Below are positions 40,303 through 50,062 of a stretch of 64,000 bases of DNA, piece by piece. The stretch comes from Patescibacteria group bacterium (GTDB lineage: Bacteria; Patescibacteriota; Saccharimonadia; UBA4664; SCTI01). The first letter of the stretch is position 1. The number at the start of each line of letters is the position of its first letter. The notes under the pieces are model-generated. The model did no database searches. It was not told where the DNA came from and saw only the letters and a program-made list of their open reading frames with translations. The stretch lies in contig SCTI01000002.1 of assembly GCA_004297735.1 (NCBI GenBank), positions 350,180-414,179 of the forward strand. The letters run 5' to 3'. Made by a program: the position numbers and the translations under genes.

Positions 40303-40803
40303 TCACACCTGTAGCACAACGCCAACGAGCAGTCCGAGCATGGTGGCAAGACCACCCATAATTAACACTTCAAGAGCGCTACGGTTGGGTGGGCGGTGGA
40401 CGATTTTACCCTTAATGTAGCCAACAATATAGAGGGCAATTAGAGCGGAGCTAACTCCGACTACGAGAGAGGTTGGGTAGGATAAAACGGCCATTGGCAG
40501 AACCGGAATTACGCCGGCAGCGGCGTAGGCCAGGAACATAACCAGTCCGGTCCCGGCCGGGCTGGTTCGGTCTCCGTCCATTTCGTCAACCGCCTTTTGG
40601 CTGAGGTACTGGCCGACTCCCATACTAAGCGCCTCAACTGAAACGCCAACCAACCCTGCTAGTAAAACGACTTGTGGATCTTGACTACCGGCGGCAATAC
40701 CGGCAACTAGACCGGTGGTTGAAACCAAGCTGTCTTCAATGCCGAAGAAAGCGCTACGAAGGTAGTCGCTGGCACCTTGATTATGGCGGGCAATTTTAAA
40801 CAT
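40303..40803 (-). CDS. VIT1/CCC1 family metal transporter
   Basis: FGIEDSLVSTTG, ALSMGVGQYLS. Confidence 0.85.
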   Translation of the reverse strand: MFKIARHNQGASDYLRSAFFGIEDSLVSTTGLVAGIAAGSQDPQVVLLAGLVGVSVEALSMGVGQYLSQKAVDEMDGDRTSPAGTGLVMFLAYAAAGVIPVLPMAVLSYPTSLVVGVSSALIALYIVGYIKGKIVHRPPNRSALEVLIMGGLATMLGLLVGVVLQV

Positions 40804-41254
40804 GTTGTATCTCCTGTATGTCTTTCAATATTTTTATGGCTTGGTCTTGGGGTTTTACGTCATGGTATTCTTTTACGATAATACCCTCTGGGTCAACTAT
40901 GTAAGTATTTCGGTGAATACCTAAGAATTCCCGCCCCATAAATTTTTTTGGGCCCCAAGCTCCAAAAGCTTGAATCACCTTTTTGTCCGGATCACTCAGA
41001 AGAGTAAATTTTAGGTTGTGGTTTTCGGCAAATTTTTTGTGCTTGGCAACCGTATCCGCCGAAATGCCCAGAACAGTGACATTGTGGCGTTCAAGCTCTT
41101 CTCGCCCATCACGAAAACTACACGCTTGCTTTGTGCATCCAGGGGTGTCGTCCTTGGGGTAAAAATAAACAACCACCCATTTGCCGCGGTAGTCGTGAAG
41201 ACTATGATCTGCACCGTTTTGGTCTGGAAGGGTAAAGTCGGGAGCCGGTCTCAT
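40796..41254 (-). CDS. bcp: Peroxiredoxin BCP/PrxQ
   Basis: YFYPKDDTPGCTKQACSFRD. Confidence 0.92.
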   Translation of the reverse strand: MRPAPDFTLPDQNGADHSLHDYRGKWVVVYFYPKDDTPGCTKQACSFRDGREELERHNVTVLGISADTVAKHKKFAENHNLKFTLLSDPDKKVIQAFGAWGPKKFMGREFLGIHRNTYIVDPEGIIVKEYHDVKPQDQAIKILKDIQEIQHV

Positions 41255-41274
41255 GTAGTAATTATACCTTAGAA

Positions 41275-41344
41275 TGGTGGAGCAGTGGGGATTTGAACCC
41301 CAGGTAGGTAAGGTCTGAATTTACCACCAGACCAACTCTGCCCC
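41275..41344 (-). ncRNA. 70-nt tRNA-like RNA with G3-U70 acceptor, T arm and CCA but no D stem
   Basis: GGGGCAG/CTGCTCC acceptor, TGGGG-TTCAAAT-CCCCA T arm, ACCA end. Confidence 0.55.
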
Positions 41345-41440
41345 GCTTGCGGCTGCGCCACCGTTTAAAACGATATCGAACTTACATTAAATAAATCTTA
41401 AGGATTGGACCTTATTGAGGGTTTTAGTTATAGTGGGGTC

Positions 41441-41489
41441 TAGGTAAGGTCTGAATCACTACCAGCCAAATAGCGCTCCGGCGCTATTT
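41441..41489 (+). ncRNA. Candidate ~50-nt sRNA complementary to the tRNA-like RNA
   Basis: TTGGAC...TATAGT upstream; TAGGTAAGGTCTGAAT identical to 41305-41320; hairpin AAATAGCGC-TCCG-GCGCTATTT. Confidence 0.4.
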
Positions 41490-41519
41490 CTGCTTTTATA
41501 CTAACCAGCCATAATTCAA

Positions 41520-41546
41520 TTAGCACTCTTGACATGAGACTGCTAA
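41520..41546 (+). promoter_or_regulatory. CIRCE operator 1 (encloses the -35 TTGACA)
   Basis: TTAGCACTC-N9-GACTGCTAA; TACTAT -10 at 41553. Confidence 0.9.
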
Positions 41547-41566
41547 ATTACCTACTATATAAGGTA

Positions 41567-41593
41567 TCAGCACTGTATTAAACTGAGTGCTAA
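41567..41593 (+). promoter_or_regulatory. CIRCE operator 2
   Basis: TCAGCACTG-N9-GAGTGCTAA. Confidence 0.85.
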
Positions 41594-41607
41594 ATTAATG
41601 GTAAAAG

Positions 41608-42309
41608 GTGGTTATGACTCCACGACAACAGTATGTGCTCAGCGCCATTATTGAGGCCTACGCTAAAACGGCCGAACCGATCAGTTCGATGCAGCTGACC
41701 GATACCATTGAGGTGTCGTCGGCTACCATTCGCGCCGAGATGGCTGAGCTGGAGCGTCTGGGTTATATTCACCAGCCACACACCTCGGCTGGGCGCGTGC
41801 CAACCGACAAGGGCTACCGTTTGTACGTCAACAATATTGAGCAGCTGCAGGCCGATAGTCGAACCAGCCAGGCCATTGCTAAACGGGTGGCTAGCGCCGG
41901 TGAGGCCGAGCGAGCGGTCAAGACAGCGGTCAACTCTCTGGTTGAGCTGACGCACAACATGGGCTGGGCCAAGTTGAGTGACGGACTTTACTTGCGGGGC
42001 ATGGCCAGCTTGTTTGCTCAACCCGAGTTAGCCCAGAGCGGTCAGGCCTTTGAGGTTGCCCGATTAGTGGACAGCTTGGATGAGTGGATGAGCGAGGTGC
42101 GACATGATGACAATCGCGTAACCGTGTTTATTGGCCACGAAAACCCAATTGGCAAGAACAGCGGTTGTAGTTTGATCATCGCTCGCTTTGCTTCGCCCTA
42201 CAGCGATGAAAGTTACTTGGGGATGATTGGTCCGACTCGACAAAATTATCCTCGCGTAATTGGCTTGATGGATTACACCAGTAGAATGCTCGAGGAGGTG
42301 CTAGCATGA
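41608..42309 (+). CDS. hrcA: Heat-inducible repressor HrcA (short form)
   Basis: SSATIRAEM..LE..GYIHQPHTSAGRVPTDKGYR, IGPTR. Confidence 0.95.
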   Translation: MVMTPRQQYVLSAIIEAYAKTAEPISSMQLTDTIEVSSATIRAEMAELERLGYIHQPHTSAGRVPTDKGYRLYVNNIEQLQADSRTSQAIAKRVASAGEAERAVKTAVNSLVELTHNMGWAKLSDGLYLRGMASLFAQPELAQSGQAFEVARLVDSLDEWMSEVRHDDNRVTVFIGHENPIGKNSGCSLIIARFASPYSDESYLGMIGPTRQNYPRVIGLMDYTSRMLEEVLA

Positions 42310-42794
42310 GCAAGAAAGAAACCGCTAAAAAGCCGACCAAGCAGGATGCTCGAATTGCTGAGCTCGAGGCGCAAATCGCCGAGCTAACCAGCGATGCGCA
42401 GCGAGTGCAGGCTGAGTTTCTCAACTATAAGCGGCGAGAGACGGAGGCCAAGGCTGAACTAACCGATATGGTTAAACAAAGCGTCATCATCGAGTTGCTG
42501 CCTTTGCTCGACAACATCGATCGAGCACTCGCTCATCAGCCGGAAGATCTCAAGGATCACCCCTGGGCCAATGGCGTGGTGGCGGTTGGTAAGCAGGTTC
42601 AGGATTCGCTCAAGTCGCTGGGCGTGGAGCGGATTGAGTCGGTTGGGCAGCCTTTTGATCACAATCTGCACGAGGCCATCAGTATGGACGATGGCGACGG
42701 TGATGAAGAGGTGGTGACTGAGGAATTGCAGCCAGGTTATAAAATCGGCGATCGGGTAATCCGACACGCCATGGTTAAGGTGGGGAGAAAGTAA
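42306..42794 (+). CDS. grpE: Nucleotide exchange factor GrpE
   Basis: AEFLNYKRR, FDHNLHEA, GYKIGDRVIRHAMVKV. Confidence 0.95.
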   Translation: MSKKETAKKPTKQDARIAELEAQIAELTSDAQRVQAEFLNYKRRETEAKAELTDMVKQSVIIELLPLLDNIDRALAHQPEDLKDHPWANGVVAVGKQVQDSLKSLGVERIESVGQPFDHNLHEAISMDDGDGDEEVVTEELQPGYKIGDRVIRHAMVKVGRK

Positions 42795-42795
42795 T

Positions 42796-43203
42796 ATGGA
42801 GCATCAACCAATGCCAGATCCAACACCAGATGGCCTCCTAGATCAAAAGGCCGTAGAGGCTTCGCTTATGGCGCTGGACGAAAGGGCCAAGGCTGAGCAG
42901 CAATACATGCACGAACAGTTAGAGGCTGGCATAAGGCCGAGTCAACTACTGGAGCAACTTGGAGGCAAGGAAGAGGCGGCGCGGATTATTGGCGAGTATT
43001 ACGCCGATGAGCTTGCGTCGAATCCGGAGGATAGAGAGTTTAATGAATGGGTGAACATACTTGAATTGCATAATAATGGCGCTACCGCCCAGCAGATCAT
43101 TGATCGGTATGGCGGACGCGAAGAGCTGGAGCGAGTACTTGGAACAAAAGCGGCTCAAGGATTTGTAGAAGATGCCAGACAAGAACTGAAAGGAGATAAC
43201 TAA
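42796..43203 (+). CDS. Hypothetical protein inserted between grpE and dnaK
   Basis: 135 aa, tightly packed on both sides, two internal GG-containing helical repeats. Confidence 0.65.
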   Translation: MEHQPMPDPTPDGLLDQKAVEASLMALDERAKAEQQYMHEQLEAGIRPSQLLEQLGGKEEAARIIGEYYADELASNPEDREFNEWVNILELHNNGATAQQIIDRYGGREELERVLGTKAAQGFVEDARQELKGDN

Positions 43204-45110
43204 TGGGTAAAATTATTGGAATCGATTTAGGAACTACCAACTCCGCGATGGCGGTTATGGAGGGTGGTCAGGCAACGATTATTGCCAACGCTGAGGGCGG
43301 ACGCACCACTCCGTCAATTGTGGCGGTTAACAAGAATGGTGAGCGTTTGGTTGGCCAGACCGCTAAGCGCCAGGCGGTTATTAACTCCGAAAACACAGTG
43401 TTTGAGGTTAAGCGTCTGATTGGCCGCAAGTTTGAGGACGAAGAGGTCCAGCGCGACATTAAGCTAGTGCCGTACAAGATTGAAAAGGCCGGTACCGCGG
43501 TTAAGGTGAAGATGGGTGACAAGTCGCACACTCCCGAAGAGGTTTCGGCGATGATTCTAGCCAAGCTGAAGGCCGACGCCGAGGCTTACGTGGGCGGCCC
43601 GGTGACCGAGGCAGTGATTACCGTACCGGCTTACTTTAACGACGCGCAGCGCCAGGCGACCAAGGACGCCGGTAAGATTGCCGGCCTAGAGGTAAAGCGC
43701 ATCATCAACGAGCCTACCGCGGCGGCGTTGGCCTACGGTCTCGACAAGAAGAAAGAAGAGAAGATCGTGGTCTATGACCTCGGTGGTGGTACCTTTGACG
43801 TTTCCGTACTCGAGCTTGGCGACGGCGTGTTCGAGGTAAAAAGCACCAACGGTGACACCCACCTGGGTGGTGCCGACTTTGATAACGTGATTATGCATCA
43901 CTTAATTGACCAGTTCCAAAGCCAAGAGGGAATTGATCTAAAGGACGACAAGGCGGCGGTACAGCGTTTGAAGGAAGCTGCAGAGAAGGCCAAGATTGAG
44001 TTGTCGAGCGCCCAGGAAACCGAGATTAACCTGCCGTTTATTACCGCCGATGCTAATGGTCCAAAGCACTTTGTGTACAACTTAACGCGCAGCAAGCTCG
44101 AGCAGCTGGTAAAGGAACTGGTCGACAAGACCGCGATTCCGTGTGAAGCGGCACTTAAGGACGCCGGCTTGAAGGCCAGCGATATCGACGAGATCATCCT
44201 GGTTGGCGGTATGACTCGTATGCCAGCGGTGGCTGCCAAGGTCCAAGAAATCTTTGGCAAGGAGCCGCTCAAGGGTGTGAATCCCGATGAGGTGGTGGCG
44301 ATTGGTGCCGCGGTTCAGGGCGGTGTGTTGGCCGGTGACGTTAAGGATGTTCTTTTGCTCGACGTTACTCCCCTGTCGCTGGGTATCGAGACCATGGGTG
44401 GTGTTTCGACAAAGCTAATTGAGCGCAACACGACCATCCCAACCAGCAAGAGCCAGGTGTTTAGTACGGCCGAGGACAATCAGCCCCAGGTTGAGATTAA
44501 CGTGCTCCAAGGCGAACGCGAGATGGCGGCCGATAACAAGAGCCTGGGCCGATTCCAGCTGACCGATATCCCGGCCGCTCCGCGTGGTGTGCCTCAGATT
44601 GAGGTAACCTTTAACATTGACGCCAACGGCATTGTGCATGTTAGCGCTAAGGATAAGGGCACCGGTAAGGAAAACAGTATTCAGATTACCGGCAGCGGCA
44701 ACATGAGTGATGAGGACATCAAGAAGGCTCAGGCCGAAGCTGAAGCTCACGCCGATGAGGACAAGAAGAAGAAAGAGCTGGTTGAGGCCCGCAACACCTT
44801 GGATAACATGATCTACCAGGGCGAAAAGACGCTCAAGGATGCTGGCGATAAGGCCAAGCCAGAGGACAAGACCGCGCTCGAGGAAGCTCTCAAGGAGGCC
44901 AAGAGCAAGGTGGAGTCTGATACTAAGGATGAACTCGAAGCGGCCGGTAAGGCACTGAGCGAAAAGATGCAGACCGTTGGTGCTGCTGCCTACGAGGCTG
45001 CCAGCGATGAAGCCAAGAAGGACGAGGGCGCCGCAGGCTCAACCGATGAAGCTAAAAAGGATGACGAGCCAGTAGAGGGCGAAGTTGTCGACAAGAAAGA
45101 CGACAAGTAA
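43203..45110 (+). CDS. dnaK: Chaperone DnaK
   Basis: [30 protein letters not shown]. Confidence 0.98.
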   Translation: MGKIIGIDLGTTNSAMAVMEGGQATIIANAEGGRTTPSIVAVNKNGERLVGQTAKRQAVINSENTVFEVKRLIGRKFEDEEVQRDIKLVPYKIEKAGTAVKVKMGDKSHTPEEVSAMILAKLKADAEAYVGGPVTEAVITVPAYFNDAQRQATKDAGKIAGLEVKRIINEPTAAALAYGLDKKKEEKIVVYDLGGGTFDVSVLELGDGVFEVKSTNGDTHLGGADFDNVIMHHLIDQFQSQEGIDLKDDKAAVQRLKEAAEKAKIELSSAQETEINLPFITADANGPKHFVYNLTRSKLEQLVKELVDKTAIPCEAALKDAGLKASDIDEIILVGGMTRMPAVAAKVQEIFGKEPLKGVNPDEVVAIGAAVQGGVLAGDVKDVLLLDVTPLSLGIETMGGVSTKLIERNTTIPTSKSQVFSTAEDNQPQVEINVLQGEREMAADNKSLGRFQLTDIPAAPRGVPQIEVTFNIDANGIVHVSAKDKGTGKENSIQITGSGNMSDEDIKKAQAEAEAHADEDKKKKELVEARNTLDNMIYQGEKTLKDAGDKAKPEDKTALEEALKEAKSKVESDTKDELEAAGKALSEKMQTVGAAAYEAASDEAKKDEGAAGSTDEAKKDDEPVEGEVVDKKDDK

Positions 45111-45136
45111 TATAACTAAAAGCTGAAAGCAGGCAC

Positions 45137-46240
45137 GTGGCTAAACGTGATTACTACGACATTTTAGGAGTTTCGAAGTCGGCCAGTGCCGATGAGATTA
45201 AGCGTGCCTACCGTAAGCTCGCCATGAAGCATCACCCCGATAAGCATGGTGGCGACGACAAGGAGTTCAAAGAGGTTGCCGAGGCTTATGAGGTCTTAAA
45301 AGATGACCAAAAGCGAGCTCAGTATGATCAGTTTGGCCACAATGGCCCATTTGGCGGTGGAAGAGCTGGTGGCCCGGGCGCCGGTGGCTTTAATGGTCAG
45401 CAGTTTGACTTTAGTCAGTTTGGCGGCGGCTTTGGCGACATTTTCGACATGTTTATGGGCGGCCAACAGGGCGGTCGCAGTCAGGGCCCGCGTCGTGGGG
45501 CAGATTTAGAGACCGCGGTGACAGTTGAGTTTAAGGACGCTATTTTTGGCACCGAAGAAACGCTCAACTTTAACGCCGAGGACCAGTGTGACCGTTGTCG
45601 CGGTAAGGGCGCCGAGCCGGGCAGCAAGATCAAGACCTGCGATACCTGTAAGGGCCAGGGCCAGGTAACCCGGATGCAGCAGACGATTTTGGGTTCAATT
45701 CGTCAAAACATGGTTTGCCCAACCTGCCACGGTGAAGGCGAGATTCCGGAGCAAAAATGTTCGCACTGTCACGGTAAGGGAACGGTTAAAAAGGCGCGCA
45801 AGGTTAAGGTGAAGATCCCGGCTGGAGTTGATAACGGTACCACTATTCGCCTGGCTGAACAGGGTGGCGCCGACCGCAAGGGGCCCAATGGCGATCTTTA
45901 CGTGCATATTCGCGTAAAGCCGCATAAGGAGCTGGTGCGCGAAGGCCAAAATATTACCTCAACCACGACCATTCCCATGACCCTAGCGACTCTAGGTGGC
46001 GAGATTGAGGTGTTAACCGTTGATGGCGATATTACGCTCAAGATTCCGGCGGGTACTCAGGGCGGCAAAAAGTTTAAGCTCAGCGAGCACGGCGTGCCTA
46101 GCCTTAGCCGCAGCGGGCGCCGCGGTGATCATATTGTTACCGTTACGGTTGAGACTCCAACCAAGTTGAGCGCCAAGCAAAAGCAGCTGCTGGAAGAGTT
46201 TGAGGAAGCCAGCGGCAAAAAGCCTTTCTGGAAAAAATAG
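45137..46240 (+). CDS. dnaJ: Chaperone DnaJ
   Basis: HPD J-domain, G/F region, four CxxCxGxG repeats. Confidence 0.97.
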   Translation: MAKRDYYDILGVSKSASADEIKRAYRKLAMKHHPDKHGGDDKEFKEVAEAYEVLKDDQKRAQYDQFGHNGPFGGGRAGGPGAGGFNGQQFDFSQFGGGFGDIFDMFMGGQQGGRSQGPRRGADLETAVTVEFKDAIFGTEETLNFNAEDQCDRCRGKGAEPGSKIKTCDTCKGQGQVTRMQQTILGSIRQNMVCPTCHGEGEIPEQKCSHCHGKGTVKKARKVKVKIPAGVDNGTTIRLAEQGGADRKGPNGDLYVHIRVKPHKELVREGQNITSTTTIPMTLATLGGEIEVLTVDGDITLKIPAGTQGGKKFKLSEHGVPSLSRSGRRGDHIVTVTVETPTKLSAKQKQLLEEFEEASGKKPFWKK

Positions 46241-46276
46241 CCAACCGGCGCTACAATTAAGCCAGGTAAAACGCTT

Positions 46277-46786
46277 ATGCAAATCCCGGCTTTCAGCATC
46301 GATCTTTTTATTATCCTCGGCACCGCCCTGGTCTGCCTGTATGGCGCCATGGCGGGTCAAGGCGCCTTGATTCGAGAGACCATCAGCGTCTACGTTGGCA
46401 TTGTGCTGGCCAGCACCTTTGCGGAGCCGCTTTACAACTACAGCCAGCAGCAGGCAGGTGGTAACTACGGCGTGAGCAAAACCATCATCGGCCTACTGTT
46501 GCTGATCCTGCCAATCTTGATTCTACTCTTGGCCAACCGCCATCATCATATTCGTCGCCACAGCAGCTTGATTGTAACTTTGATTTTGGCGGTGCTGGCC
46601 GCGATGTTGCTAATTTCGAGCATAATTGCTCAGTTTGATTCGGCGGCAGTTCAAACCATTACCAATGAATCAAACCTGGCCTCCCAGATAAACAGCTTCC
46701 ATTTGGCCTGGCTGGGGTTGGTGCCTTTGGCAATTGGCGCTTCAATGTTGTTTCATCGATCCGAAGAGAAGCGACGTCGTCATTAA
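46277..46786 (+). CDS. CvpA-like membrane protein
   Basis: DLFII...LYGAMAG...LIRE topology, 4-5 TMs. Confidence 0.55.
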   Translation: MQIPAFSIDLFIILGTALVCLYGAMAGQGALIRETISVYVGIVLASTFAEPLYNYSQQQAGGNYGVSKTIIGLLLLILPILILLLANRHHHIRRHSSLIVTLILAVLAAMLLISSIIAQFDSAAVQTITNESNLASQINSFHLAWLGLVPLAIGASMLFHRSEEKRRRH

Positions 46787-46831
46787 ATATTATGATCACA
46801 AAGGCAGTTTGTAGCTGGTAGAATAACAACC

Positions 46832-47311
46832 ATGGAACAACAAAGTGTAGCGCCACCCGGCAATGAAATAAGTAGCTCAAATATCGAGCCGACCCCAGTA
46901 AAAGATAAGGAGATGTATGCCAATGAGCTGAGGGAGCTTTCTGACAAAGCATTAGCCGACCAGCTTAGCATTTTGGTTGATGGGTTTAATCGAATCCAAG
47001 ACTTTGATCCGGGCAAAAGTGAGCACATGGACTTGCGCAACCGGATGCTGGCAGCCCAGCAAGTGACTGGTGAGCGTGGCCTACTGGATGGCCTACCGCC
47101 AGCTTCACCGGATAAAGACACCGATGATGACCCGGGTATGTCGGGCAGTTACGCCCTCCGGGTTGGTGGCGGGGTGGATGTAGTTTCGGCAAAAGGTGAC
47201 ATACTTTCTAGTCGGCCCGCATCTACGGTTCATTCAAAAGAGGCTAGTACTCCCAAGCCCCTTGATTTACCGGATATCGATAACCGCGCTAGACCTCAGC
47301 AGAATGGATAG
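46832..47311 (+). CDS. Hypothetical protein
   Basis: 159-aa ORF, low complexity. Confidence 0.5.
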   Translation: MEQQSVAPPGNEISSSNIEPTPVKDKEMYANELRELSDKALADQLSILVDGFNRIQDFDPGKSEHMDLRNRMLAAQQVTGERGLLDGLPPASPDKDTDDDPGMSGSYALRVGGGVDVVSAKGDILSSRPASTVHSKEASTPKPLDLPDIDNRARPQQNG

Positions 47312-47378
47312 AGCCGATCGGCTGCAGATTGACCAAAGCCCCTATTTTAGGTATAGTAAGTCAGTTATTTACAGGTGT

Positions 47379-47455
47379 GGGCCCATAGCTCAGTTGGTTA
47401 GAGCGAGAGCCTTTTAAGCTCTGCGTCCTGGGTTCGAATCCCAGTGGGCCCTCCA
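47379..47455 (+). tRNA. tRNA-Lys (UUU)
   Basis: AGAGC-CT-TTT-AA-GCTCT anticodon arm, GGTTCGAATCC, CCA. Confidence 0.93.
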
Positions 47456-47481
47456 GGAATTATAGGTCTAATACATAAAAG

Positions 47482-47520
47482 AGAAATGTCGCCTCCGCAG
47501 AACCACGGTGGCGACATTTC
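47482..47520. terminator. Hairpin between convergent tRNA-Lys and nuclease-like gene
   Basis: GAAATGTCGCC...GGCGACATTTC inverted repeat. Confidence 0.6.
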
Positions 47521-47537
47521 AGTATCTATATTGTAAT

Positions 47538-47921
47538 CTACCGCTTACGAAAATCAAGTACTCCATGTGATTTAGTAATGACTTTGAGGTTTTTCGCACT
47601 TTTAATATCTGTGAACTCTTTTTCTAGTCTCACGATATTTACCTTGTCCGGCATTTTAGAATTACGTAGATCAAATATTATATTCTTTGATTGCCCCAGA
47701 GCTACTTTAAACGCGCGCTTTATTGTATGAGTGCTCTTGCCGGTCGGGCACTTTATTTCCCAGTCGATACCAGCCATTCTAATATCTGGAGTTCTCGCAC
47801 CTTTGCGCTGAACGGGTGGGAGTAGTTCAATATCGAAACCTTGATCTGTCAGGAATACGACCGTAGCATTTTCGTGCGTATGAAGAACGACGCCGTTTGG
47901 TGTTATTTTACCCTTTTTCAT
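47538..47921 (-). CDS. Stand-alone PD-(D/E)xK nuclease, CdiA-CT tRNase-like
   Basis: HE...TPDIRMAGIDWEIKCP...QSKNIIFD; AT-rich. Confidence 0.6.
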   Translation of the reverse strand: MKKGKITPNGVVLHTHENATVVFLTDQGFDIELLPPVQRKGARTPDIRMAGIDWEIKCPTGKSTHTIKRAFKVALGQSKNIIFDLRNSKMPDKVNIVRLEKEFTDIKSAKNLKVITKSHGVLDFRKR

Positions 47922-48077
47922 AGCGGTCAGTATAACAGTTTGCCAAAATATTTCTTGAGTTGGAGTTAATAAAATGGCTATTTTGGTATGATTGTATAAA
48001 TAGCGTTGTATTGCGGCGAAAGGAATTAAGATGATGAGCGTAACAATTCAGCGGAAACTCATAGAGGTGTTTAGGGC

Positions 48078-48398
48078 ATGAGTTATAAAGTTGTCCGGTC
48101 AGAAGAAGCGGTGGCGCGAGAAATAGTACCGACCTATCATGCTCATAATTTCATCACCAAAGAAATTAGCCCAAATTTTTCATTAGCGGTTAATGAAGCG
48201 AAGGATCACCAAGAGACCGAGACCACCGAGTACGATCGGATTTATTATGTGATTGAGGGCATAATTGTGTTTGATTTTGATGGGGATCACGCTGAGGTAA
48301 AAGCCGGCGATAGCTGCTTTATTTCTAAAGGGACTACATACGATTTCGGTGGCACATTTAAGGCGGTGGTTGTGAACCAGCCGGCGTTTGGGGTTTAA
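48078..48398 (+). CDS. Cupin-domain protein
   Basis: YYVIEG...VKAGDSCFISKGT. Confidence 0.8.
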   Translation: MSYKVVRSEEAVAREIVPTYHAHNFITKEISPNFSLAVNEAKDHQETETTEYDRIYYVIEGIIVFDFDGDHAEVKAGDSCFISKGTTYDFGGTFKAVVVNQPAFGV

Positions 48399-48444
48399 TT
48401 GCCAACTTGCCCTCCCTTCGCGTAGGGCGTAAGATGTTCTTCAG

Positions 48445-48768
48445 TTGCAGTGCAACCGTACACCTACCAAGGAGATGTACATGGAAGCGACTCTTGACGA
48501 TCTGGCCTCCGCGCTTTTGAGCGAGCGGCCGGATAGGCTCACCCCTGAGCTTGTCGATCTGGTTTGCCGCAGTCATCCCGAATCCGAGGACTTGTGCCTC
48601 AAGGGCGTTCGCCGCCAGCATGTCTTCCACTTGCTCGAGCGCATTCCGCGTTGGAACAAGAACTGGGAGGACGGGTACAAGAGGATGCACACCGACCTCC
48701 TCAAGTGGCTGCAGCAGCTGCGTGATGACCTGGCCATTCTCGAGGAGCCGGCTCCCGCCAAGGCCTGA
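48445..48768 (+). CDS. Hypothetical protein (start probably ATG 48481 after AAGGAG)
   Basis: GC-rich ORF followed by two hairpins (48787-48842). Confidence 0.55.
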   Translation: MQCNRTPTKEMYMEATLDDLASALLSERPDRLTPELVDLVCRSHPESEDLCLKGVRRQHVFHLLERIPRWNKNWEDGYKRMHTDLLKWLQQLRDDLAILEEPAPAKA

Positions 48769-48879
48769 TCGGGCCGTAGACTTGGGTCGAGGGGCGCACG
48801 ATGCTACCCCTCGATACCGAACCGCCTATTGGGCGGTTTTTGCTTATGTTAGACTTTATTTAAGTATAAGGGTTGAGGT

Positions 48880-49146
48880 ATGTCTCCAGAAAAAGGTCCA
48901 GGGCCAGAGGATCGAGATTTAATTCCTGGTAGTGAAGAGGTAGAGCTTGAGGACAAAGCGAGAGAGGAGGGGCGCCTCCAGCGCATAGCTGGGTTAGAGG
49001 AGCGCTTAGAAGAGGCTTATGCTGGTATAGAGGAGGTCAGGGGGAGTGAATTACCGGATGCGGAGAAGAGCAAAAGAATACTCCAGTTTGAGGATGAGAT
49101 AAGGAACCTCGAGCGCCAACTAGATGAATTGGAGAGGACCGATTAG
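48880..49146 (+). CDS. Hypothetical acidic coiled-coil protein
   Basis: 88 aa, E/R/L-rich. Confidence 0.55.
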   Translation: MSPEKGPGPEDRDLIPGSEEVELEDKAREEGRLQRIAGLEERLEEAYAGIEEVRGSELPDAEKSKRILQFEDEIRNLERQLDELERTD

Positions 49147-49152
49147 CCGTCA

Positions 49153-49749
49153 ATGAAAACTATATGTATTTTTGGCGATAGTATAACCTGGGGGCGCGGA
49201 TTGGAGTCCCGAGTCGGATGGGCCAATTTATTAAGAAACGAGCTCGAGGCCCAGGATGACTCAATTCACGTGTACGATCTTGGTATCGATGGCAACACTA
49301 CCCACGATTTGCTTGAACGGGTTCCTGGTGAGGCCAAGGTTCGCAAGCCAGACATTATTATTTGGGCGATTGGCGTGAACGATTCAGCCTATCGCAAGAC
49401 ACCTAATTATCCGTTAATAAAGGCTGAGCAGTTTGAGGATAATTTGGACACTTTATTTGAACTTGGGGCAGAAATGGCTCAAAAACAACTTTGTGTTGGC
49501 ATAGCCAAAGGTAGTGACGCCAATACAACGCCGCTTCCGGGCAGTACAACCGGTAAGTGTTACGTTAAGCAAAGAGTACGCGAGTATGACGAAATTATTA
49601 AGAGCGTCGCAATGGACACCGGCATTGAATATGTGAGCATTAGCTCGGTGCTAAGCGATAACGATTTTTATGATGGCTTGCATCCGAACGAAAAGGGCCA
49701 CAAAAAGATCTTTGAGCGGGTTTTACCGGCCGTCGAAGAGCTTTTATAG
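49153..49749 (+). CDS. SGNH/GDSL hydrolase
   Basis: FGDSIT, LGIDG, IGVND, DGLHP. Confidence 0.9.
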   Translation: MKTICIFGDSITWGRGLESRVGWANLLRNELEAQDDSIHVYDLGIDGNTTHDLLERVPGEAKVRKPDIIIWAIGVNDSAYRKTPNYPLIKAEQFEDNLDTLFELGAEMAQKQLCVGIAKGSDANTTPLPGSTTGKCYVKQRVREYDEIIKSVAMDTGIEYVSISSVLSDNDFYDGLHPNEKGHKKIFERVLPAVEELL

Positions 49750-50001
49750 ATGTCAGACTTTAACTGGCTGATTGCAGCCGGCCTGCTTGTAGGGTATGCG
49801 GTAGTAGATGGTTTGTATGCCTACTACACGCTGGCGGTTGTGAAGCGGCAGGCGATGGCGGCGGCTTCAACTAGCTTTATTATGCATTTTATTTTGGCAG
49901 CCGGAGTATTTAGTTATACTCAAAACTTTTTATACACTATCCCTTTGGCGATAGGCTCATTTGTTGGAACTTACTTGGTTACAAAGTATATCCGACAGTA
50001 A
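49750..50001 (+). CDS. Small 3-TM membrane protein
   Basis: 83 aa, hydrophobic, ends GSFVGTYL. Confidence 0.65.
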   Translation: MSDFNWLIAAGLLVGYAVVDGLYAYYTLAVVKRQAMAAASTSFIMHFILAAGVFSYTQNFLYTIPLAIGSFVGTYLVTKYIRQ

Positions 50002-50062
50002 GCGTAATCTAGATTGTAAACCGGATCAGAAATCGTTAATCTCGGTTCGCTAATGTGTTGGT

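Noticed and set aside
41275-41344. Standard tRNA-Ala, tRNA-Leu(CAG) or tRNA-Sec(UCA)
   Set aside because: No D stem, no canonical 5-bp/7-nt anticodon arm, no long variable arm; the Ala acceptor conflicts with the loop sequence
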